Shown here: piece after piece, positions 55,155 through 64,000 of the stretch
Layout: every line of letters starts with the position of its first letter
How positions within the stretch are numbered: the stretch's first letter is position 1
Source: Hyaloraphidium curvatum SAG 235-1
Lineage: Eukaryota; Fungi; Monoblepharomycota
Assembly: GCA_025558095.1 (NCBI GenBank)
Contig: JAIVFI010000027.1
Coordinates: 186,001 to 250,000 of the forward strand
Direction: 5' to 3'
Length of the DNA: 64,000 bases
The notes under the pieces: model-generated
Told to the model about the DNA's origin: nothing
What the model saw: only the letters and a program-made list of their open reading frames with translations
Databases searched by the model: none
Position numbers and translations under genes: made by a program

Positions 55155-55984
55155 ATGCAGCGCCTCGGCATCGTGTGCCGCGCGGCGAGCGCATGCAGGC
55201 CGTCGCCGGCGGCGGTTCGCGGCCTCTCCGCGACCGCGGCTGCACGCGCCGCCGCGCCCCCGTCGAAGCCGGCCCCGCGCTTCGTCAACCCGGTGCGCCG
55301 AGCCGCATCCCCCTTCCGGAGCTTTCCTGAGCCGTTAACGCTCGCAGGCCTTTGTTCCCGAGCCCGACCGGGACAACATCGAGACGCACACCGGCCCGCT
55401 CGACATCCGGCCGCCGCCCCGCGCCGTGACCAAGGAGGCAAACAACACCGGCTACGAGGGCACGTGGCGGAAGCCCATTCTCGACGTCCTGAAGAAGGAT
55501 TCGCCGCTGGGATCGTACCCGCGGTCGGATGTGGAGCCCCACCAGTTCCGCTCGCCCTTGGCCTACAAGTACGACAAGCAGGACCGGCGCGAGTTCGGCC
55601 AGTACATCCAGGACGAGGACGAGATTCTTAACATGTTCGGGCCCAACGTGCGCCAGGCGTTGTGGCGGCAGAACATCTGGATCGGCGTCGCGCTGGCGGG
55701 CGTGTTCTCGTACTGGGCGTTCTGGTACAGGTTGGTGGACGAGTCCCGGTTGCCACCACCCGCTGTGCTCATGCTTCTGAAGCGCGGTCAACCCCGAGGG
55801 ACGGGGAAATCTCGGCACTTCGCCGCCCGAGTACCCGTTCGATGGCCTCATCCGCGAGCTTGGCGGGGATCCCGACAACCCAGACGATGCCCACCTTGCT
55901 GCGTTCTACCACGGCGACAAGCGACCGTTCCGAACCGTCGGCTTCGACGGGGCGCTGCGTTCGGAGGGCAAAGTGTGGAACTGA
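55155..55984 (+). CDS. NDUFB8: NADH:ubiquinone oxidoreductase subunit NDUFB8/ASHI, 3 exons
   Basis: Mitochondrial presequence; LGSYP..Q.RSP..YDKQDRREFG..DE.LNMFGP; TM. Intron 55731-55782 leads to EYPFDGLIRELGG and a stop at 55982-55984. Confidence 0.82.
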
Positions 55985-56072
55985 ACATGGGAGTGTACGG
56001 CGACGAAGAAATTGACATCAATTTGCAATCCGAAACATCCTCTATCATCGCGTCCTCGGCACCCCGCTCGAC

Positions 56073-56232
56073 GCCTAAACTCCCGTGTCCTTGTGGTGGA
56101 ACTCTATCAACGACCCTGATTGAGAGTGCAACGAGTTGCCCAGAACGGAAAGCCTAAACTCCCGTGTCCTTGTGGTGGAACTCTATCAGCGACCCTGATT
56201 GAGAGTGCAACAAGTTGCCCAGAACGCTAAGC
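56073..56232. repeat. 79-bp direct tandem duplication
   Basis: GCCTAAACTCCCGTGTCCTTGTGGTGGAACTCTATC... occurs at 56073 and 56152 with only a few substitutions. Confidence 0.95.
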
Positions 56233-58614
56233 GCGTAGGCCCACAAAGCAATGTTGAAGAGAGAGTAGTAGGTCCTTTGCACCAACAGTCAGCAACGCGA
56301 AAAGTCGCTGGCGGGTAAGGCATACCAGAACTGCCACGAACGAGGCGTCGACGGGAAGTAGTCTCCAAATCCCGTAGTGGAGATGGTGACGAAGCAAAAC
56401 CAAACAGACCTAACGAACGAGAAGATGTCAGGGAGTGTCGCAGGCCCTGCTAGACCGCGATCCTTACTCGAGGTAGTCCCAATCAGGCTCCATCGCCATG
56501 AAAACGGCCGCGCCTTCGATGACGGGTCAGCGTAGGCAACTCGGCATGTCGTCCCGAACCCACCAAAAAGCCAATAAGCGATGCACGTTAACGCCATGGC
56601 AATAGCGATGGAGCGGTCCGTCCAGACCTGTATTTTCTCCTCCTCTTTGAACGCATCGCCGGCCTCCATGAGCCAGATAGATCGCCGTCGCTGCAATTCC
56701 AAGCCACGGTTCACCGTTCGGGTCGATTTCCCGCCGGCCGACATTGTCCGTGGCACTGTCCAGCCCCCGATCGACATGGTCCGATTGAATCCGTACCCGC
56801 CGACGGAAGTCGTGCCCATGGAGTACAAACTGCCGCCGTCGTCAAAGGTTTCCTCCCGTCCGGCCGGAGGATTGCGGCCCGCGGGCAGATTACCCCACTG
56901 CAGTCCCCCCCCTTTGGGGGCATCAGATGATTCCCCAGGGAGATTGCCCCACTGTAAGCCGCCGCCCTTGGGGACATCAATAGCGTCCGCGGCCGCAGGC
57001 GCGCCGTTCGACGGCGGGGAGACTTCCCCCAAGCTACCGTCATGGGTGACCTCGTCGGCCACCGGTGGCCTGGGAACCTCTTCGTCCAAAAATGAGCGGG
57101 AGCGCTGCGATCCCGCCCTCTGGTTCGTGGTGTCGAAGCTGTCCCGCCGCGTGCTCATCTGTCTCGCCGAATCCACCATTATTCCCAGCGGTACGTTGTC
57201 AGGATCGACCGAATTGCTCCTGGTCCGCTGGAAAGGTATCGAGTACGTCCTCGACACAGACGACTGCGTGCGTTGCAACGGGTACGAAGTGGCATCCACG
57301 CCTCCGCCTCCGCCCATCGTCACCGTGCTCATTCGCCGCACGTCTCGCGTTGTTGCACCGTCTCGCTTCCCTGACCGACGCCGCACCCATTCCTCAACCC
57401 ATGGACGGATTGAGATCTCGATCCTGTTTGCGAACGATGAGGAATGTGAAGGATAAAGAAGGGAGCGATTTCATTACCATTCAATCACTGCATGAGCGAA
57501 GCAGCGACGAAAGTTAGTTGTACACAATGTGGAATAGCGAGGAGAGAAGCTGAACCCACTTACTGCACGGATCGCAAAGAGAACTGTGTGCGGACGACGG
57601 TCAGTAAAAGAAAGCACGATCTCGTCGCGACCCACGGTTCACCGTCATCGTGATGCCGAAGATGCCCTGTCAAACAAGAACGCTCGTGAAGCACTCGCAA
57701 TGATAAACAACGTCAACTCACGTAGAAGATGCTGAAGACGTAACCGCCTCGGGTCTTCACGTTCAAGTGCCCATAGCCGATTGTGGTGAGAAACACGATA
57801 CAGAAGTAGAAGCTCTCGTGATACTTCCATCCTTCCATGGCTTCGTAAACTGCGCCTCCCACGAGGTACGTTGTCATGGCCAGGAGTGTGGCTAGCAACA
57901 TATCCCGCTTCGGAAGAGAGACCATGTCGTTGGGGCAGCCCAGAGAGGCGTCGATGATGTGCAGAGGCAGGGAACACGCCGCGCACACGATGGTGATCAA
58001 GGCGGAGATGTACCCTGGGGCAGCGCCGTGTCCAAGGTGCGTTCGTCACGATGGGGACGCTTTCCTCAGATGCGGCGGACCAACCTTCTGCTGCCTCCAT
58101 GGGAATTAGAATCTTCTTGTCCCTTAGTGAGCTCATGAACATCCCGTAGCAGACCGACGTGAACACCAGCTGGCCGAAGACGAAAAAAATGGCCAGATGG
58201 GATCCGATCTTGACGAACCGGTTCGTCGCACGCAGAGCGATGAGAATCCTGGAGATTGGAAACGTCCCGCTTGAGAACGGCAAGAGACCTCCGAAGCCGC
58301 GGTCGACCCAACCACTTTGCGATTCCGCACGCCATGCCGACGTAAAGAAGGACCCGCTCCGTGTACGTCAACTCGACGTGGTAAGTCTCCGCACCCCAAC
58401 CCCCATCTAGGCCCGCAGGAACCAGCCACACAGGCTCCGCGGCGGCCTGCACCATGGAGACCAAAGTGATCGCGTCGAAGAGGCCCGCCATGAACCACCA
58501 GACCCCGCAGGACTGGTCGTCCCGATCGAAGTACTTTCGACCCCATCCTTTGAAAGACTCCCAGCAGTTGGCGAGCCGGCCGAAGCGTCCATCTTTGTCC
58601 GGGGCCGCGCTCAT
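56154..58614 (-). CDS. Two-pore-domain outward-rectifier K+ channel (TOK1-like), multi-exon
   Basis: Two pore loops (YFCIVFLTTIGYG; WFCFVTISTTGFGDYFP) preceded by about 4 extra N-terminal TMs. Confidence 0.85.
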
Positions 58615-58989
58615 GGTGCCTCCCGTGCCTCCCAGAAGTTGGAGAGCCGGCCCCGGCGTTCGCACTTGTCCGATCCGCAGCGCTCACAGCTCAGCAACTT
58701 CAGGGTGCGGCATAAGCTCCGAATACCCCGCTCAAGGCGACGAAGCGCCGGGGGTCGTGGACCCCGCGCGCGGTGATCGAGCCCTTTCCGCGTGGTCCCG
58801 CTTCCTCGGTCACGTGAGGGGGCCAAACACCGGGGTTGCGCCGAATCTCTAGCACTTCTATAGCAAGGAGCTACCGTGGCCGACCCTGCCTCGACTAGGA
58901 ACAGCTCGCGTTTTCTGTGCAGTCGTTGGAACCTCGGCCTCAGCTCCGGCCTCGCCGCTAGACTCCACCAACTTTTCGCCGGCAAAACG

Positions 58990-59766
58990 ATGGCTACCAA
59001 CAAGGTGAGCCTCGCCGGCCAGATTGTCATGTTGCCTTTGCGTGTTCTCGATGTCGGGACTGACCCAGGCACCTCGCTGTTTCACAGCGTCCAAGGACCG
59101 GAAGGTGGATGTCGGGCCTCGAATCCTCCATGGCAGTCGCTGAGACCTCTTGGCATCGACTTACTCACCTTTTGTTCAACGTAGTGACAATGTGGGCACG
59201 GAGACGCTCTATGTGTACTCGGCGGGCTCTGCGAGCGTGCCGACCGGGGCTGCCCCGCGTACCGGGCCGACTCCGCCCATTCCGGCGTCGGATCTCGGCA
59301 AGCTGAACAAAAAGGAGAGCCACAAGGAAGTGGAGAGGCGCAGACGGGAAGTCATCAACACCAACATGGAGCAGTTGGCTGCAATAGTGCCGGAGACGGG
59401 GGACAAGAGCAAGGGCCAGGTGCTGGCAGGCGCGATCGAGTACATCGCCAAGCTCAGGGCCGAGCTGAAGCAGAAGGACGTGGAGCTTGCGAGAAAAGAT
59501 AAGACGTATGGAACTGGCGGGATACGCGCTCATTTTGATCTCATCGGCCTTGACCGCCACTCTGCCACAGGATCGAGGATTTACAGCTGGAGATAGCCCA
59601 GCTGAACGAAACAAATGCCGCGCTTGAAGCCGAGCTCGAGAACGCGCACGACTTTGACGTTGACGGGTACCACGACGAGTGGGTTGCATCCTGTCTGGCT
59701 TCGCCTTCGGCAAAACTCACACACAACACCCTCCCGCCGTCTTGACCCCGTTACAGGCCATCGTGA
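58990..59766 (+). CDS. bHLH-leucine zipper transcription factor (Cbf1-like), 5 exons
   Basis: KKESHKEVERRRREVIN..M.QLA.IVP....SKG.VL..AIEYI followed by a coiled coil. Small 5' exons MATNK|RPRTGS are joined by canonical introns. Confidence 0.82.
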
Positions 59767-60324
59767 CCTTTCCATAGCTATCAAGTGCTGCCGAATTCGT
59801 TTGGCGGATTGCTTTGCCACGGTAGCCGTTTCGTAGAAGTGAACTTTGTCGGCGGTTTGAAAATGCATGGTTGATCGGCTGATGGCATGGTCCAGCTGGA
59901 ATGGTGGTGCTCCTTTTGGCTTGGGACACCCCTGGCTGTCGGTTCGGGCGTCCAGGGCCGGTTGGTCGCGTGTGGGTCGCGACTTGGTCGCGACGGGCAC
60001 CTCCACCCACCGCTTTCAAATCCCGAAGCCGTGGGAAGACACCTCCGCCGCACGAGCCATCGTCGGCACAGAATGCCACGCCCAGCAACCTAGCCGCGAG
60101 CCTGGTCCAGCACTCGCGCTCCGCCGCGCCCTGTCGGGGCCGTGTTCCGCCATACCCCGGACGGTAGCCCTCGACAACAAGCTCACCTCAGCTAGACACA
60201 CTGTCGTGGGTGGCTCCGGCGCAGTGGATCTTCTCCCCATTAATCGTCCGAGTTGCCCTCCGCTTCGCGCCGCCTGCGCTTCGCAGGCAGTTAGATTCGC
60301 ACCGCAGCTTCCACCGCCCGCGCG

Positions 60325-62157
60325 ATGCCCGGGAAAGCGGAGGCGAGCGCTGCCGACAAGGAGAACCGGCAACCGGAAAGCGCCAACGAATCATGGACTC
60401 CTGGCAAGCGCAAGGCCGAGGAGCTGGAACCCGCGGCGGGGAGCAAGGTGCCCAGGGCGCTCGCCGCGGACAGTCGAGGTCCCAAGGACTCGACCTCGCA
60501 GCTCCCTCCGGTCGGCACTGTCTCTTACATCGAGTTGACGGTCATGAGCAACAAGATCGTGAAGGAGCCTGCCGCACAGACTGTACCGGCAGCAAGGAGC
60601 GCGCATTCGCCGACGTCGGCCGTCAACCTGCTTAGCAGCGGCATGGAACTCCTCAACGTCAGCACAGTTTCGACCGGTCGAACGGAGGTATGCAGGCTGC
60701 GGCATCCATGTGTTCGCGGATGTTCTCTGACTGGCGGATGGACGCCGCAGTTTGACGGTCTCGATAGAAGGTCGAAGGTTGGACCTCCCAATTCTGCACT
60801 CGCCCAAAGCGCTTACCATTCTTGGGGTGCCGATTTCAGAAAAGCAACTCGCTCGCCCTACAGCTGCCGCCAACGCCGGGTGAACCGGAGCAGCCGAGTG
60901 CATCTTCTCTCGGGGACGAGTGGTCTTTCGGAGCTTCGTCCGGCACCGAGGACGTCTACCCGACACCGTCACCTACATACTCGCCCAGAGAGCTCTTCTT
61001 TGGCTCGAACCGTGTCGAGGCTTCGGGCTGGTACAGAATCCGCGGTTCGGAAGAGGACGGCGAACCGTCGGTGGACGACCTCGACCGAGCTCAGGATCCA
61101 GATCCCCTTCACCTCCGCGAATACGCAGAAGAAATCCACCGCTACCTCAAGGACCTGGAATTGAAATCCAAGGTAGAGAAGTCGGCTCCCTCGTTCGCAC
61201 TAGCGCACGGAGGCTTACGTTCTCCTATAGGTCAAGCGGGACTACCTCGACACGCAACCGTTCATCACCTGGGAGATGCGGAACGACCTGATTGATTGGC
61301 TCATGGACGTTGCGCAACACCTTCGCTTCCACGCCGAGACAGTGCACCACACCTGCGTCCTCCTCGATCTCTACCTCTCTACATCCACGCGGCACGTGGA
61401 CCCCATACACTTCCAGCTCCTCGGAACTGCGTGCTTCCTCCTAGCCGCCAAGGTCGAGGAGATCGAGCCGCCGACGCTCAGCTGGCTCGTCGCCTGCGGG
61501 GATGGCGCCTTCGACCGCGAGTCTCTGAAGATCGCCGAAATCAACGTGCTCGATACCCTGGGGTGGAACGTCGGCGGCTTTACGAACATTTCCCACTTTC
61601 TTGCTCGCGCCTGCCGTGCCGAGGCCCTGGGCAAGACCAAGCACATCGCGGCGTACATAGTCGAGCTCGCTCTCTTCGAGAGGAAGCTCCTCGGCGAGAA
61701 TCCCTCCCTGGTGTGCGCAGCTGCGGTGTGGATTGCGCGAAAGGTCGCAGGAAAGAAGGCTTGCTGGGTGCGTCCGATGTCTCTCGCCGCATTCTCCGCC
61801 GCTAAGCATGCCCTTCAGACCCCGTCTCTCGAGTACCATCTGGACCAGTCGCCCGCCTCTGCTCCTTTCCACCACTGCGTTCGAGTTCTCTTTGACCGGT
61901 TGCGCCAAGGATCGCCGAGCCAGACGCTCTTGCTCCGACACCCGGGCACCTGGCTCGTTGTGCAAAAGTGGGCCAAGGTCGTCCCCCATGCGGAGCTCGA
62001 ACGGATGCTCCGGTCTTCAGCCGCCAAGTTTGCCGTCGAGCCGCCTTCGCCGTCTCCCACGCCTGTGGTCAGCTCTAGGTCGGGAGGCTTGATGGCTCGA
62101 TCGATGGCGCTCCCGCCCCCGCCCAAGCTCCGGCTCAACTTCCTGTCGTTCCCATAA
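60325..62157 (+). CDS. A/B-type cyclin, multi-exon
   Basis: N-terminal KEN box; EYAEEIHRYL; MRNDLIDWL..ET..LLD.YLS..QLLGTACFLLAAKVEEI.PP. Confidence 0.88.
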
Positions 62158-62458
62158 CATATCTCTGAACTCTGGCTACGTATCGTTAGTTAGGTCCTAT
62201 TGATGTATCTGGTTGACTAGGTTGACTAAAGTGTCTATGCTGCAAGGTGTGCAGCTGCATCCGCAATCCACAAGCTGGATTACGATCGCCGGTACTCTCA
62301 AGAGCTATTGCACTTAGCTTTCATTCGGGTTGTCTTCCATTCAGTAGTCCAGGCCGGAGTCAGAGGAGGGCAAGGTCGTGCCTGGGTCGCGCTCGTCGCC
62401 ACATTTCCGAGACCCCGAAAAGGCATCCTCCGCTGCCCGAATCGCGCCTGGTGGCACC

Positions 62459-64000
62459 ATGAGGCAGAAAACTAAGCCGACGCGAGCCGCGGACAACCTC
62501 GGCGTCGTGTCGCCGACGGCGCCGGCAGCGGCCGAGGTCCCGGACGTTGCCCGACAGCCGGTGAGCCTCTGCCGCTTTTCGTATCCCACCGGGGTGACTA
62601 ACTGTCCATCGCGGCCGCCGCGGCGCAGGATGCGAAGCGAGTGCACGGGTTGTCTGAGAATGTCCCGGCGACGCCCACCGTGACGGACCACTCGGACGAG
62701 GACGGGGGACCAAACAAGCGACCGCGCACGGACGAGGCCGCTCCCGGCAGCGCCGCGATGGCATCGCTGGACCGCGTCTCCATGCGAATCGATTTCGATG
62801 CCATCGCGTCGCCATCGGCCATCAAGATGGAGTCCCCCGCCGGCGCGATGTCGGCTCCGTATGAGGGGAAGGAGGTCCCGTCAACCCAGTCGTTCCGCGA
62901 CAACCCCGAGATGCCCGGCCGGACCTCGCGCTACCGGGAGGATGTGCCCTTCAAGCCGCAGTTCTATCCGCCGAGCTACGATTTGAAGCAGGCGGAAGCC
63001 CGGAGCAGGGTCTTCGGTATCGAGCACGTGCCGGTTCTGCGCCCCACGGTGGAGCAGTTCAACGATCCTCTTTCGTACATCGAGAGCCTTCGGGAGATTG
63101 GCGAGCGATATGGTGCAGTCAAAATTGTTCCCCCTCCTGGTTGGTCGCCTCCGTGTGCCATCGATCCCGAGGTACTGTCAACTCGCCACTACCGTTTCGA
63201 GCTTGCGCTCATTTTGGCTGCCCATGTTTCAGAAATTTCGGGTGGCAACTCGCCTGCAGCGTCTGAACCAGATGAACGGCCGCACCCGGTCCACCGTGAA
63301 CTACATGGAGTCTCTGATGACCTTCCACGAACAGCAGGGACAGGTCTTCACCGACCTGCCGAGCATCAACCAGCGCCCGATTGACCTGTTCAAGCTGAAG
63401 AAGGAAGTCGCTGGCATGGGTGGATTCGATGCCGTAACCCAAGACAAACGTTGGGGCGACATCGGCGCCAAGCTGGGCTTCAACCACTCCCACGCTCCGT
63501 CCCTGGCGAATCAGGTCAAGACTGCGTACCGGAAATGGATTCTGCCTTTCGAGGAGCACATTCAGCGGAGCTTGGCCAATGCCGCGCGAAAGAAGAAGGC
63601 TGCAGAGCAGCAGCGCAGCCAGCGGAGGGAGCGCCGGGCGCGCGACGATGATTCCGACACCGAGCAACCCGCTGATTCTGCAAAGGGGCAATCCGTCGAG
63701 GGCACGCTGTGCAGCGTCTGCGAAGAGGCGTGTGTGGAGACCGGTGCTGCGAGGGATGACACGATCACCTGTGACTGCTGCTCCGGGGTTTACCACATTG
63801 CGTGCCTCGATCCGCCGCCGAAGGTTTGGAGGCAGGACTGGTTCTGCGCAAAGTGTCTTGCCGATAGCGTCGAGAACTTTGGCTTCGAGGACGGTGGCGA
63901 ATACTCTCTTCTCGAGTTTGCGCACACCGCCAACCGCTGGAAGGAGCACTACTTCGACATGGACTTGCCCGGCGGTGGGCCTGCGGGCGTCTCGGAGGAC
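62459..64000 (+). CDS. KDM5/JARID1-like histone demethylase (JmjN, ARID, PHD1), truncated by window edge
   Basis: JmjN PVLRPTVEQFNDPLSYI..YGAVKIVPP; ARID PIDLFKLKKEV..GGFD.V....W..I; PHD CSVC..CDCC...YH..CL.PP....W.C..C; FGFEDG.EYSL..F. Confidence 0.93.

Noticed and set aside
55731-55831. Apparent frameshift in NDUFB8
   Set aside because: Resolved by a canonical 52-nt intron at 55731-55782.
56073-56232. CRISPR-like or LTR repeat
   Set aside because: Only two abutting copies with no spacers, derived from coding sequence, in a eukaryotic context.

Overview
GC-rich, gene-dense eukaryotic DNA with about 42 protein-coding genes and one tRNA-Leu(UAA). Introns are short spliceosomal GT-AG introns, mostly ~50-60 nt, with CTRAC/CTCAC-like branch points. 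The gene content (PMT4, TOK-type K+ channel, Zn2Cys6, Cbf1-like bHLH, MYND proteins) indicates a fungus, probably early-diverging; Monoblepharidomycetes-like is my inference. Most long ORFs in the supplied track are antisense or frameshifted shadows of GC-rich genes, so gene models were rebuilt by hand. The most striking observation is a small spliced gene whose full model is missing from the ORF track (20025-20305, +). It has an in-frame TGA at codon 3 and a canonical eukaryotic SECIS-like element in its 3' UTR (20329-20400), making it a candidate selenoprotein of a family I do not recognise among known selenoproteins. Other notable items: a run of intron-poor, bacterial-type genes (11.7-18.4 kb), a PMT4 with a duplicated MIR domain, a head-to-head pair of frameshifted MYND genes, an AhpC/cold-shock fusion, and a recurring C-rich 5' to G-rich 3' skew within genes.
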